A stretch of 64,000 nt of DNA from Desulfuromonadales bacterium (GCA_033549025.1 JAWSUS010000007.1:1-64000), one strand, 5' to 3'. Positions 1-10,290 are shown, counted from the first letter of the stretch. Notes: generated by a model not told the origin, from the sequence alone. Numbers and translations are program-made.

Positions 1-513
1 TGTTCGGTCATTTTCAACCTCCTTGGACATGGGAATATTATCCCAAATCAGTGTCCAAGAAAACTGGAGCCGCCCCAGGATTACTTGGCTTCGCTTGTCA
101 AAAATAGTCTACAAGAAAAAGAACTGCGGCATCTTGAATATAAACGACTCTTGTCAATCCTTGGACTACTGAACGATGTACAGATCATTATTTTAAAATA
201 CTATTCCCTGGAAAGATCGAGGGGGGGTGATTTTGAAGAATTTCAGAATAAGCACAGAGATCTTATTAGAGCACCACTCGTCCACATGGGCTCAACCCCA
301 GAAGATTTTGACCGCAAGGCGATATTCGATGCTTATCGCTCCCAACTCTTAGAATTAGGCTTGATTAAGCCACGCTTCAAAAAGCCGAAGCGTGGCGAAC
401 TCCCTGAGTTTGATGAAAACACAGGAATGGTCAAGGCTCAAGGGCTTAGTATCACCCATCTTGGGCGGATGCTTTTACGATTAATTGATCAGGATAATGG
501 GCAGAAAAATTAA
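1..513 (+). CDS. Hypothetical transposon cargo protein (5'-partial or degraded)
   Basis: ORF 85..513; the frame is open back to base 1. AT-rich codons and no motif I recognise. Confidence 0.5.
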   Translation, partial: CSVIFNLLGHGNIIPNQCPRKLEPPQDYLASLVKNSLQEKELRHLEYKRLLSILGLLNDVQIIILKYYSLERSRGGDFEEFQNKHRDLIRAPLVHMGSTPEDFDRKAIFDAYRSQLLELGLIKPRFKKPKRGELPEFDENTGMVKAQGLSITHLGRMLLRLIDQDNGQKN

Positions 514-889
514 CCCAATGATGGACCAAACAGGGCACATTTCCTGTGGGACCAGCAAAGGCTCTACATCAAAACAACACCTGATTACCCCCTGCTTTCG
601 TTTTCTGATATCTCTAAATGGTAAAACAATGAGCAAATCTCCTGCCGGAAAAACCAACAATTCAATCGAGATAGCAAGCCAGAGGGGAGCCATATTTGGA
701 TACCCCTTGGATGTTATTATTGGCTGGCAGCACAATAAAAGTGGATCACCGACGGTTCCTCATGAAAGGAGGAGACAAGAGGGAGGTCAACCCGGCAACC
801 CTCTGCGACGATTACCAAAAAGAAGCCGATCTCGGGAAATCGGACAAAGGCATAAGTGGATAACGCGCCCGTGAAAACATTTTTACTCA

Positions 890-930
890 TGTCGCAGCAT
901 CTTTTGATTTGTCGCAGGAACTTTTGATTT
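890..930. repeat. Two tandem putative TnsB-binding repeats at the transposon end
   Basis: TGTCGCAGCATCTTTTGATTT (890-910) and TGTCGCAGGAACTTTTGATTT (910-930), 20-bp period, just inside the terminal ACA at 933-935. Confidence 0.8.
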
Positions 931-1793
931 TAACACCCGCCGATGAGGCCGGCATCGGAGATGGTGTGGTGGGGGCTGCGAAAGGGCCGTACGTTGAGCA
1001 GGGCGTTTTCCCTAGGCAGCAGGCCGATGATAGAATGGATCTTGGTCGTTTCCAGCGCTTCCTCAAAGGTCAGCGGCGGCAGAATGGTTGGCAGGCGGCG
1101 GGCCAGCATCGTCTTGCCGCTGCCGGGCGGACCGATCATCAGGAGATTGTGGCCCCCGGCGGCGGCCACCTCCAGAGCCCTTTTGACATGATCCTGTCCG
1201 CGGACCTCGGAGAAGTCGTCGCAGCCGGCGGGTAGGGCGGCCAGATCCGTTTCGTGATCGGCCTGGTGGGGTGAAAGGGCTCTTTCGCCATTGATGAACT
1301 CGACTACCTCGGCCAGGTCGCGCACACCATAGACGGGCAGGGCTTCGACAATGGCGCCCTCGCCGGCGTTCTCCCAAGGTACGATAAGTCCCTCCGTCTG
1401 CCAGTGGCGGGCGGCGACGGCGAGGGGGAGGGTGCCGCGGACGGGCTTGACCAGGCCGTCAAGGCTGAGTTCGCCGATCATGACGTATTTGCGGAGGTTC
1501 TCGCTTTTGACAATGCCGATAGCGGCCAGAATACCAATGGCCATGGGCAGATCGTAGGCCGTACCCTCTTTTTTCATGTCGGCCGGCGCCAGATTAATGG
1601 TGATGCGCCGGGTGGGAAAGTCGTACCCCGCATTTTTGATCGCCGACTTGACGCGATCCTTGCTCTCCCGAACCGCCCCTTCCGGCAGGCCGACCGTGGC
1701 GAATTGGGGTAACCCCTGGGCGATATCCACTTCTACATCAACAGGAAACGCTTCAATGCCATTGAGCGCTCCGGATAGTACCTTGGCCAGCAT
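930..1793 (-). pseudogene. comM: ComM/YifB Mg-chelatase-like ATPase, 5' part, truncated by the insertion
   Basis: Motifs [17 protein letters not shown], Walker A GPPGSGKT and [18 protein letters not shown], followed at once by C-stop. It is 287 aa versus about 500 aa for the family. Confidence 0.9.
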
Positions 1794-1841
1794 GCTCCCT
1801 CCCTAAAAATGAACCTATTAAAATTAAAGAACGCTTAATCT

Positions 1842-1890
1842 AAACAGAAAAGCCCCGGATCGCAAGCGATAATGCTGCGAGCCGGGGCCT
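1842..1890 (-). terminator. Putative intrinsic terminator after trxB
   Basis: GCCCCGG/CCGGGGC stem with a T-rich tail on the minus strand. Confidence 0.45.
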
Positions 1891-1915
1891 GGGTTCGAAA
1901 AGAGAGGAAAAGGCG

Positions 1916-2845
1916 CTACTGGCGATCCATGATGTATTTTTCCGCCATAATCGCGGCAACAGCGCCGTCACCGACGGCGGTGGCGATCTGTTTGAGGATC
2001 TTCTTGCGCACGTCGCCGGCGGCAAAGACCCCCTCCATGGAGGTGCGGCATTCGCCGTCGGTGAGGATGTAGCCCTCTGCGTCGAGGGTGAGGGTGTCGG
2101 CGAGAAAGTGGGCCTTGGGAGTGACGCCGATGGCGACGAAGAGGCCGGAAACTTCGAGCAGGCGCTTGTCGCCATTGGTCGTATCGGTCAGTTCGATGCC
2201 GGTCAGGCCGGAGTTATCCCCTTGCGTGCCGGTGACCTGGGCGTTCCAGAGAATCTCGATCTTATCGTTGTTTTTCAGGCGATCCTGCAGGATGGAGGTG
2301 GCCCGCAGCTGGTCGCGCCGATGAATGAGGTACACCTTTTTGGCAAAGCGGGTGAGAAAGAGGGCTTCTTCGGCGGCCGTGTCGCCGCCGCCGGCAATGG
2401 CGACAATCTGGTCGCGGAAAAAAGCCCCATCGCAAGTGGCGCAGTAAGATACGCCGCGACCAGTGAATTCCTGCTCACCGGGAATGTCGAGTTTTTTCGG
2501 TTCGGCCCCGGTGGTGATGATGACGGTGCGGGCGAGGACGGGTTTGTCGTCTACGGTGATACGACGCACTTCGCCGAGATCTTCCAGGCCCTGTACTTCG
2601 CCGTACTGAACTTCGAGGCCGAACTCCTGACAGTGCTCCTGAAAGCGCATCATAAGGTCGGGGCCATCGATGCCGCCGGGAAAACCGGGATAATTCTCGA
2701 CCTTGGTGGTCGTCATGACCTGGCCGCCCATGATCATGCGTTCGACGAGAAGGGTATCGAGTTTGGCGCGGGAGGTATAGAGCCCGGCGGTCAGGCCGGC
2801 AGGGCCGCCGCCAATAATCAGGGTATCGTAAATTTTTTCGGTCAT
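1916..2845 (-). CDS. trxB: Thioredoxin-disulfide reductase
   Basis: GGGPAG FAD motif, CATCDG active site, GGGDTA NADPH motif. Confidence 0.95.
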   Translation of the reverse strand: MTEKIYDTLIIGGGPAGLTAGLYTSRAKLDTLLVERMIMGGQVMTTTKVENYPGFPGGIDGPDLMMRFQEHCQEFGLEVQYGEVQGLEDLGEVRRITVDDKPVLARTVIITTGAEPKKLDIPGEQEFTGRGVSYCATCDGAFFRDQIVAIAGGGDTAAEEALFLTRFAKKVYLIHRRDQLRATSILQDRLKNNDKIEILWNAQVTGTQGDNSGLTGIELTDTTNGDKRLLEVSGLFVAIGVTPKAHFLADTLTLDAEGYILTDGECRTSMEGVFAAGDVRKKILKQIATAVGDGAVAAIMAEKYIMDRQ

Positions 2846-3039
2846 GGATCTCTCTCCTGGGAAAATTTGGTCGCCAAGATAACACAGTCGGAGAAAAAAG
2901 TGAAAGGCCTCTTAGTTTTGGTGGCGCGAAATGGCCATCAAGGAGGCCCTTGATTTCCCCCGGGCCTCTGGCTAGTATGGAGGCGTTTTGCACGGGGAAA
3001 AACGTGGGTTTGCAGGTACAGCGAAAGGTTTCGGATGTT

Positions 3040-3396
3040 ATGAAAAAAATGACGGGGTTTTTGGTCTGGTCACTGGTCTTTCTGCTGGTGCTGCTGGCTG
3101 CCGATCAGCTGCTGGTGCATGTGAAGCTTGAAGGCAAAGGGCTGACGGCCGTCCAGACCTTCTACCTCGATTTTCGCAGTCGCCTCTTTGCCCTTGTCGA
3201 CGGCCAACCGGCCCCGAGTGTTGAATCCCTCATCGAGCAGGCAGAGACTCCCGCCACCAAACCTGCCGGCCCCCCAGCGGCCGAAAAGTCCCCCCGCTAT
3301 CTCTACGTAGACCGGGATGGCGAACTGCATTTCGCCGAGAGTCTGCATGAGGTGCCGGCCGAGTTCCGCCAGGAGGCCCAGGCCCTGTCCGAGTGA
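3040..3396 (+). CDS. Hypothetical membrane-anchored protein
   Basis: ATG at 3040 inside ORF 2950..3396; N-terminal TM helix; C-terminal YLYVDRDGELHF motif. Confidence 0.65.
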   Translation: MKKMTGFLVWSLVFLLVLLAADQLLVHVKLEGKGLTAVQTFYLDFRSRLFALVDGQPAPSVESLIEQAETPATKPAGPPAAEKSPRYLYVDRDGELHFAESLHEVPAEFRQEAQALSE

Positions 3397-3432
3397 TGCC
3401 GGCTCCCTGGCCGGATTCCCGGGGTGGACTGC

Positions 3433-4233
3433 CTAGGGCAAATGGCCGTAGATTTCAGGGCGGCGGTCGTGATAGCAGCGGATCTGGGAGCGATATTCTA
3501 CCAGTTCGCTGAAATCAAAGGTCGCCGCCAGTTCGGTGTTTTCCTCCCCCCCTTCGGCCAGAACCTCCCCCCGGGCTGAGAGCAGCAGGCTCATGCCGAA
3601 AAAGTCGAGCTTTCCCTGAATACCGCAGCAGTTGGCCGCGACGACGAAAAGCTGGTTCTCAATGGCGCGGGCCCGCAGCAGGGTGCGCCAGTGCTCCTGG
3701 CGCGGCTTGGGCCATTCGGCCGGCAGGCAGATGATCTCGGCCCCTTCCAGGGCCATCTTGCGGAAGAGCTCGGGAAAACGCAGATCGTAGCAGATCGCCA
3801 CGCCCAGGCGACCGACAGAAGTCGATACGACCAGAGAATGGTCCCCTGCCGACAGGAACCGATCTTCTCCCATGGTGGAGAAGAGATGCAGCTTGCGGTA
3901 GGTGCCGGCGACCTTACCCTGGTCGATAACGTAGGCCGTATTGTACAGAGCCTTCCCCTCTTTTTCCGCCAGACTACCGACCAGCACCATGCCCGACTCG
4001 GCGCTCTGTCGGCAGAGCGCCTGCACGACTTCGGGTGTTCTTTCGGCCAGTTGACCGAGGCGCTTGTAGTCGTATCCCGTGCTCCACATCTCCGGCAGTA
4101 CCGCCAGCTGCACGCCCTGGGATGCCAGTTTTTTCAGAGAGGCAAGGGCCTGGGACAGATTGGTGTCAATGTCGCCGAGAGCTATGTTGAACTGGGCGGC
4201 TCCGGCCGTAATCTTACGGGTCTGTGACATCAT
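3433..4233 (-). CDS. Carbon-nitrogen (nitrilase-family) hydrolase
   Basis: Catalytic triad motifs LPE, YRKLHLF and ICYDLRFPE; ARAIENQ. Confidence 0.9.
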   Translation of the reverse strand: MMSQTRKITAGAAQFNIALGDIDTNLSQALASLKKLASQGVQLAVLPEMWSTGYDYKRLGQLAERTPEVVQALCRQSAESGMVLVGSLAEKEGKALYNTAYVIDQGKVAGTYRKLHLFSTMGEDRFLSAGDHSLVVSTSVGRLGVAICYDLRFPELFRKMALEGAEIICLPAEWPKPRQEHWRTLLRARAIENQLFVVAANCCGIQGKLDFFGMSLLLSARGEVLAEGGEENTELAATFDFSELVEYRSQIRCYHDRRPEIYGHLP

Positions 4234-4738
4234 GGGAAAATCCTGTCTGCAATGGCTAAACCGGTGGTTGACAAGGGTTTTACGGCGATGTTTCGGGGCG
4301 CAGTATAGCCCATCGCCGGGCCATTCGGCAAGAGCCCCGATCGTTCAAAACATCTTTTGATAATAATGCCCGCCTTTGAATGATGTCAGAATGGTCTCTC
4401 GGGTTCGCTGCGGGTGTGCAGGCCAGGGACAGGCTGGAATTCAAACTTAACAGCCAAGCGGAGAGCGAAAAAGGAAGACGGATATGAAAAAATTGTTGCG
4501 TATCTGCCTGGGATTCTGTTAAAAGACACGATAAAACATCGTTTGTTTTTAAGTGGTGTTCCGGCGTATAAATTTAAACGATGGCCCGTTCCTAGTTTTC
4601 TTGACCCCCGCTGGGAAGCATGCTAAGGATTTAGTCGCGTTCGGATAAAAAAGAAGGGTTTAAGGAACCATCCTTTCCCTTTGCAGGGATGATTTCCGTG
4701 CATTTTTGACGTCCACCTTTTTCGATGGATGATTTGAC

Positions 4739-5221
4739 ATGGCCAAGGTTGCCACTTTTTTTATCATGCTGGTTTTCTGGGTCCTTCTTTCGGGGATGTT
4801 TGACGCCTTTCACTTCACGCTCGGAGTGATCTGCTGTCTGCTGGTGGCCCAGTTCAGTCACAATCTGCTCTTTCCGGACGGAATGGGCGGCCGCTGGCTT
4901 CGCGATGTTTTCGGAATGCTTCTGTATCTGCCCTGGCTCTTCTGGCAGGTGGTCGTCGCCAATTTTCAGGTGGCCTATATCGTTATGCATCCCCGCATGA
5001 TGGATCTGATCGATCCGCAGCTTATCCGCTTCAATACCCATCTCAAGCGCCCCTTTTCCAAGGTGACCTTTGCCCAGTCCATCACCCTGACGCCGGGGAC
5101 CATTACCGTAAATGTTCACGAAGACGAGTTCACGGTTTACGCTCTGACCCGCAGCGGGGCCGAGTCCCTGCCAGGGGAAATGGAGCAGCGCGTGGCCAAG
5201 GCGCTGGAGGATAAAGCATGA
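4739..5221 (+). CDS. mnhE: Mrp/Mnh Na+/H+ antiporter subunit E
   Basis: SITLTPGT motif; first gene of an antiporter operon. Confidence 0.85.
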   Translation: MAKVATFFIMLVFWVLLSGMFDAFHFTLGVICCLLVAQFSHNLLFPDGMGGRWLRDVFGMLLYLPWLFWQVVVANFQVAYIVMHPRMMDLIDPQLIRFNTHLKRPFSKVTFAQSITLTPGTITVNVHEDEFTVYALTRSGAESLPGEMEQRVAKALEDKA

Positions 5222-5505
5222 TCACCCACATTGTCATGGCGGGGGCCATTTTTATTATTATGCTCATGGCCCTGTGTCTGATTCGGGTCGTCGGGGGCCC
5301 CACGGTGCTCGACCGTATTCTCGGAGGCAGTGTCATCGGTACCAAGACGACCGTCCTGCTGCTGCTTATCGGCATGATGTACGGCAATGTCGGCATGTTC
5401 GTCGATATTGCCTTGGCCTACGCCCTGCTGAACTTTATTGCCACCCTCGGGGCGACCAAGTACTTTTTGCGGCGCCAAACGGTCCATCTCGACGGCGAGT
5501 CCTGA
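5218..5505 (+). CDS. mnhF: Mrp/Mnh subunit F
   Basis: GPTVLDR and DIALAYALLNF motifs; overlaps mnhE. Confidence 0.85.
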   Translation: MITHIVMAGAIFIIMLMALCLIRVVGGPTVLDRILGGSVIGTKTTVLLLLIGMMYGNVGMFVDIALAYALLNFIATLGATKYFLRRQTVHLDGES

Positions 5506-5529
5506 GCGGGAAAGGAAAGAATTTAACCT

Positions 5530-5853
5530 ATGAGCATTGTTTCGGCGGTTCTGATAGTGGGAGGCCTCTTCTTTTTCGGCGTGGGAGTCGTCGGCATCCT
5601 GCGCCTTCCCGACTTCTACACCCGGCTGCACGGGGCCAGCAAATGCGACACCCTGGGCGCTTTTCTGATCCTCTCCGGGTTGGCACTCCATGTGCTCACC
5701 GTCTTTGACCTGGCCAATGTGCTGGTCAGTCTGAAAATCATGGCCATCGCTATTTTTATCTCAATCGCCAGTCCGACAGCGACCCATGCCATCACCGAGG
5801 GCGCACTGATCGCCGGCGTCGAGCCCTGGCGCAAGGGGAAGGGGGCAAAATGA
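5530..5853 (+). CDS. mnhG: Mrp/Mnh subunit G
   Basis: RLPDFYTRLHGASK motif. Confidence 0.9.
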   Translation: MSIVSAVLIVGGLFFFGVGVVGILRLPDFYTRLHGASKCDTLGAFLILSGLALHVLTVFDLANVLVSLKIMAIAIFISIASPTATHAITEGALIAGVEPWRKGKGAK

Positions 5854-6095
5854 TCTGGCAAGTCGATCTGCTGATCCTGGTGCTGGTCGTTATCTGCGCT
5901 CTGGCGACCATAACGATCAAGGATCTGCTCGGCGCTTCGGTTATTTTTGGCGTCTACAGTTTCATGATGTGTCTGCTGTGGGCTGAGATGGGCGCGGTCG
6001 ACGTAGCCTTTACCGAGGCGACCGTCGGCGCCGGTGTCAGTACAGTCCTGTTTATTGCCGCCATTTTACGGACGACCCGGAGGAGTAAAGATTGA
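5850..6095 (+). CDS. DUF4040/MbhD-like antiporter subunit (MrpA C-terminal-like piece)
   Basis: AVDVAFTEATVGAG motif; small hydrophobic protein in the operon. Confidence 0.8.
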   Translation: MIWQVDLLILVLVVICALATITIKDLLGASVIFGVYSFMMCLLWAEMGAVDVAFTEATVGAGVSTVLFIAAILRTTRRSKD

Positions 6096-6364
6096 AAACC
6101 GTCGCTTTGCTCGCAACGCTACTGACAGGGGCCCTGCTGTTGTACGGCACCAAGGATTTCGCCCCCTGGGCGGATCCGCAGTCGCCGGCCAGCACCCACC
6201 TGTCAGCTTATTACGTTGAGAATGCCGTGCGGGAAACCCATGTTCCCAATCTGGTGACCGCTGTTCTCGGGGACTACCGGGGCTACGATACCATGTTCGA
6301 GACGGTGGTTATTTACTGTGCCGGTTTGGCGGTCATCAGCGTGCTCAGGAGGCGCAAATCATGA
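6092..6364 (+). CDS. MbhE-like antiporter subunit
   Basis: NLVTAVLGDYRGYDTMFE motif; TTG start overlapping the upstream stop. Confidence 0.8.
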   Translation: MKTVALLATLLTGALLLYGTKDFAPWADPQSPASTHLSAYYVENAVRETHVPNLVTAVLGDYRGYDTMFETVVIYCAGLAVISVLRRRKS

Positions 6365-6840
6365 AGACGCTGAAGCAGCGCTATGAGGCGCGAGGGCTGG
6401 GGCAGGATCTCATTATCCAGACCTCGGTGCGCTTGATGGTTCCCTTTATTCAGTTGTTTGGCCTTTACGTTATCGTTCATGGTCATTACAGCCCCGGCGG
6501 CGGCTTTCAGGGTGGGGTGCTGTTGGGAGCATCCTTTATTCTGCTGGCCCTCGCTTTTGACCTCAAGATGTCCATGCGGCATTTTTCCGAAAAGGTCAAT
6601 AGGATTCTCGGCAATACCGGGGCCCTGATATATGTGGGGACGGGCGTGCTCTGTGCGCTGGTCGGCGGTTTCTTCCTCGATTACAGCGCTTTGGCGGCCC
6701 TTATCCCCATGGATCCCATCGAGTGGCGTTCTTTCGGCATTTTTATTGTCGAGGTCGGTGTCGGGCTGGCTGTCGCAAGTATCATGCTGTCGCTCTATTG
6801 GGATCTCAGTTCCAACGGCGACCTGGAAGAGGGGCTCTAG
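6361..6840 (+). CDS. mnhB: Mrp/Mnh subunit B
   Basis: HGHYSPGGGFQGG motif. Confidence 0.9.
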   Translation: MKTLKQRYEARGLGQDLIIQTSVRLMVPFIQLFGLYVIVHGHYSPGGGFQGGVLLGASFILLALAFDLKMSMRHFSEKVNRILGNTGALIYVGTGVLCALVGGFFLDYSALAALIPMDPIEWRSFGIFIVEVGVGLAVASIMLSLYWDLSSNGDLEEGL

Positions 6841-6841
6841 C

Positions 6842-7231
6842 ATGGAAGCGTTTATGGCGGAAGTGGTGGCCAAGTACAACTATTGGCTCTATGTGGTGCT
6901 GATGATGATCGGTTTTTACGCCATGATCGGCAAGCGCAATCTGGTCAAGAAACTGCTCGGCATGAATATTTTCCAGACGGCGATCATCCTGTTCTTCGTC
7001 TCTACCGGAGTCAAGCGCGGCGCCGCCATCCCCATCGTCGACAAATATGCCGCCCTCAAACAGGGGGTCGACGCCACCACCATCGTGAACCCTCTGCCCC
7101 ATGTGCTCATGCTGACGGCCATCGTCGTCTCCGTGAGTGTGACCGGAGTCGCCCTGGCGGTGCTGCTGCGGATCTATCGTGAATACGGCACCCTGGAAGA
7201 GGATGAAATTCTGGAGAAGATCGGCCAATGA
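6842..7231 (+). CDS. mnhC: Mrp/Mnh subunit C
   Basis: NLVKKLLG and NPLPHVLMLTAIVV motifs; ATG at 6842 inside ORF 6632..7231. Confidence 0.9.
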   Translation: MEAFMAEVVAKYNYWLYVVLMMIGFYAMIGKRNLVKKLLGMNIFQTAIILFFVSTGVKRGAAIPIVDKYAALKQGVDATTIVNPLPHVLMLTAIVVSVSVTGVALAVLLRIYREYGTLEEDEILEKIGQ

Positions 7232-8727
7232 CGAGCACCAACCTTCACCTCTATGTGCTGGCCGCCCCCTTGTTGACCGCTTTTGCCGTCAACCTGCTGG
7301 GGCGTGCTTCTCGCCGATGGATTGCTCCCCTGGCTCTGGGGGCGCTGAGTTTTTCAGCCATTGGCGCCGTGCTGTTGCTGTTGCGGGTTCTGCGTGACGG
7401 CGGCTTCTCCTACACGGTGGGTAACTGGCGGGCGCCTTTCGGCATCGAATTGCTCATTGATCCCCTGAGTGCGCTGATGCTGGTGCTGATCGCCGCGGTG
7501 GCCCTGCCGGCGACGGTGTCGGCGCTGAAAAGCGTGGAGCAGGAACTCCCCGGGCAGGAATATCTCTTCTTTACTCAATATCTTATCCTGATTGCCGGCC
7601 TCATGGGTTTGGTGGTCACGGCCGACGCCTTCAACCTGTACGTGCTGCTCGAGATCACCTCCATCACCACCTACGGTCTTATAGCCATGGGGAAGGGGCG
7701 GGCGCCGCTGGCCAGCTTCAACTACATCATCATGGGGAGCATCGGCGCCTGTTTTTACCTGCTGGGGGTGGGTTATCTCTATATCCTCACCGGCTCGCTG
7801 AACATGGCCGACATCGCCGGCATTCTCGGCTCCATCCAGGAGAGCCCGGCCTTGGCTACCGCCTTTGCCTTTATGCTGGTCGGCCTGTGGGTGAAGATGG
7901 CTTTCTTCCCGCTGCATGGCTGGTTGCCGCAAGCCTATTCCCTGGCGCCGACGGGGGCTGGTCTGCTCATTGCTCCCCTGATGACCAAGGTGACGGTCTA
8001 CCTGATGATCCGGGTCATTCTTTCGGTATTCACCCCAGGATATGCCTTTTTTCAGCATGCGGTGGTGCAGTCGGGCATCGTCTGGGTGGCGGCCGCCGCT
8101 ATCCTTTGTGCTTCGGCCCTGGCCCTGGCACAGCGGGATATGCGCCGGATGCTGACCTATATCATCATTGCCGAGGTCGGCTATATGGTGGGGGGCGTCT
8201 GGCTGGCCAACGCCAATGGTCTGACGGGAGCGATTCTGCATATCGTTAACGATGCGCTGATGACGCTCTGTCTCTTTCTGGCCGCTGCCGCCATCATCTA
8301 CCGCACCGGCAGTCTTGAATTTTCCAAGTTGCAGGGGCTCTATCGCAAGATGCCCATCACCATGGCCGCTTTTACGGTGGGGGCTTTCTCCATGATCGGT
8401 GTGCCGCCGACCTGCGGGTTTTTCAGCAAGTGGTACCTGATTCTCGGCGGCATCGATGCAGGCCAGTGGGGGTTTGTGGCGGCCCTGGTCATCAGCAGTC
8501 TGGTCAACGCCATCCTCTTTTTCCGCATCATTGAAAAGGGATTTTTCTTCGCGCCCGGCGAGGAGCACGGCCATGGTGACACGGGACATGACGAGGTGGT
8601 GGCCGAGGCACCGGCTCAGATGCTGCAGCCCCTGGTTCTGGTCGCGGTCGCTCTTATCGTGGTGGGGCTGAGTTCGGGAACCCTGGTTGAAAAGGTAATC
8701 CGGTTGGCCATCCCAGCCTCGTTCTGA
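7228..8727 (+). CDS. mnhD: MrpD/NuoN-like antiporter subunit, copy 1
   Basis: DAFNLYVLLE, KMAFFPLHGWLP and GVPPTCGFFSK motifs. Confidence 0.85.
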   Translation: MTSTNLHLYVLAAPLLTAFAVNLLGRASRRWIAPLALGALSFSAIGAVLLLLRVLRDGGFSYTVGNWRAPFGIELLIDPLSALMLVLIAAVALPATVSALKSVEQELPGQEYLFFTQYLILIAGLMGLVVTADAFNLYVLLEITSITTYGLIAMGKGRAPLASFNYIIMGSIGACFYLLGVGYLYILTGSLNMADIAGILGSIQESPALATAFAFMLVGLWVKMAFFPLHGWLPQAYSLAPTGAGLLIAPLMTKVTVYLMIRVILSVFTPGYAFFQHAVVQSGIVWVAAAAILCASALALAQRDMRRMLTYIIIAEVGYMVGGVWLANANGLTGAILHIVNDALMTLCLFLAAAAIIYRTGSLEFSKLQGLYRKMPITMAAFTVGAFSMIGVPPTCGFFSKWYLILGGIDAGQWGFVAALVISSLVNAILFFRIIEKGFFFAPGEEHGHGDTGHDEVVAEAPAQMLQPLVLVAVALIVVGLSSGTLVEKVIRLAIPASF

Positions 8728-8776
8728 ACCGGATTTTAATGTTTCCATGTCGCATGACGGAATGAAATAGGAGCCC

Positions 8777-10249
8777 ATGGCATACTCATCTTCAATATGG
8801 CCGCTGCTGGCTGTCGGCATCTCTCTGGTGGGGACGGTTCCCATCATGCTGTCGGGGCGCAAGCCCAACCTGCGTGAGAGCTGGACCCTGCTCATCGCCA
8901 TCGGCAAATTTCTGCTGGTGTTGTCCATGCTGCCGACGGTGCTGGCCGGCGGTACCTTTAGCCTGACGATCGCCGAGGTCTTTCCGGGGGTTCCCATCGC
9001 CCTGCACGTCGACGCCATGGGGATGTTTTTCGCCCTGGTCGCCTCTTTCCTGTGGATCTGTACGTCGGTCTATTCCATCGGCTACATGCGCGCCCTCGAA
9101 GAACATGGTCAGACGCGCTATTTCGCCTCCTTTGCCCTGGCCATCTCCGCCACCATCGGCGTCGCTTTTGCGGCCAACCTGTTCACCCTCTATCTCTTTT
9201 ACGAGGTGCTCAGTCTTTCCACCTATCCCCTGGTCACCCACGAACAAAATAACGAGGCCCGTTTTTCCGGTCGCAAATACCTGACCTATATCCTTGGCAC
9301 CTCCATCGGGCTGGCTCTGCCGGCCATGCTCATCACCTATGCGCTGGCCGGGACGCTTGATTTCCGTCACGGCGGCATTCTGGCCGGCAGCGGCGCCTCG
9401 CCTTATCTGCTGGCCCTTATCCTGGTCTTTTTCCTCTTCGGCTTCGCCAAGGCCGGCCTCATGCCTTTCCACGGCTGGTTGCCGGCGGCCATGGTGGCGC
9501 CGACACCGGTGAGCTCCTTTCTGCACGGGGTGGCCGTCGTCAAGGTTGGGGTCTTCTCCATCCTGCGGGTGGTGTTTCATATTTTCGGTCCCGATTTTTT
9601 GCAGGAGATCAACCTTGGGTTCATGATCACCACGGTCGCTTCGGTTACGCTGCTGGTTGCCTCCTTGGTAGCCCTGACTCAGGACAATCTCAAGCGCCGG
9701 TTGGCCTATTCCACCATCGGCCAGCTCTCCTACATGGTGCTGGGGGCCGGTATGCTCAGCGCCGCTGGTATGACGGGCGGCACCCTGCATATCGCCATGC
9801 ACGCCTTTGGCAAGATCACCCTCTTCTTCTGCGCCGGTGCCATTTATGTCGCCTCCGGCAAGAAATATATCAGCCAGATGGACGGTCTGGGCCGGCGAAT
9901 GCCGGTGACCTACTTCGCCTTTTTCCTCGGGTCTCTCAGCATCATCGGCATGCCCCCTCTGGGAGGATTCATCAGCAAGTGGAACCTCGCCATGGGTGCC
10001 CTGGAAGCCGGGCAGATCACCCTGCTCGTTGTGCTATTGGTGAGCTCTCTGCTCAATGCGGCCTATTTCTTCCCGATCGTGTACCGGGGATTTTTCGCCC
10101 AGCCAGCAGAGGGCGAAGATCGCGAAGAGGTTCGCGAGGCGCCTCTGCTGGTTGTAACCCCTCTGGCCGTCACGGCCTGCTGTTCCGTGCTGCTTTTCTT
10201 CTTTCCCGACGTATTTATCAAGCTGGCCAAGCTGGCCCTGGCCCTGTGA
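8777..10249 (+). CDS. MrpD/NuoL-like antiporter subunit, copy 2
   Basis: KAGLMPFHGWLPAAMVAPTPVS and LKRRLAYSTI motifs. Confidence 0.85.
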   Translation: MAYSSSIWPLLAVGISLVGTVPIMLSGRKPNLRESWTLLIAIGKFLLVLSMLPTVLAGGTFSLTIAEVFPGVPIALHVDAMGMFFALVASFLWICTSVYSIGYMRALEEHGQTRYFASFALAISATIGVAFAANLFTLYLFYEVLSLSTYPLVTHEQNNEARFSGRKYLTYILGTSIGLALPAMLITYALAGTLDFRHGGILAGSGASPYLLALILVFFLFGFAKAGLMPFHGWLPAAMVAPTPVSSFLHGVAVVKVGVFSILRVVFHIFGPDFLQEINLGFMITTVASVTLLVASLVALTQDNLKRRLAYSTIGQLSYMVLGAGMLSAAGMTGGTLHIAMHAFGKITLFFCAGAIYVASGKKYISQMDGLGRRMPVTYFAFFLGSLSIIGMPPLGGFISKWNLAMGALEAGQITLLVVLLVSSLLNAAYFFPIVYRGFFAQPAEGEDREEVREAPLLVVTPLAVTACCSVLLFFFPDVFIKLAKLALAL

Positions 10250-10290
10250 TCCTGAGGGGTCGTTGGCGATAAGGATAAAGGGAGGCTCCC

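Larger units (their letters stand above)
1..935. mobile_element. End of a Tn7-like transposon inserted in comM (extends beyond window start)
   Basis: On the minus strand comM runs straight into TGTTAAAATCAAAAG at 935. Tandem ~20-bp repeats lie at 890-930. Sequence left of 935 is visibly AT-richer than comM. Confidence 0.8.

Noticed and set aside
485..874. 129-aa ORF inside the transposon end
   Set aside because: It overlaps the preceding ORF, has no clear RBS and does not look like a protein.
890..930. Tandem repeats as a CRISPR array or iterons
   Set aside because: There are only two abutting units with no spacers, and their position next to a TGT/ACA end in comM fits a transposon end better. 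I saw no CRISPR array in the window.
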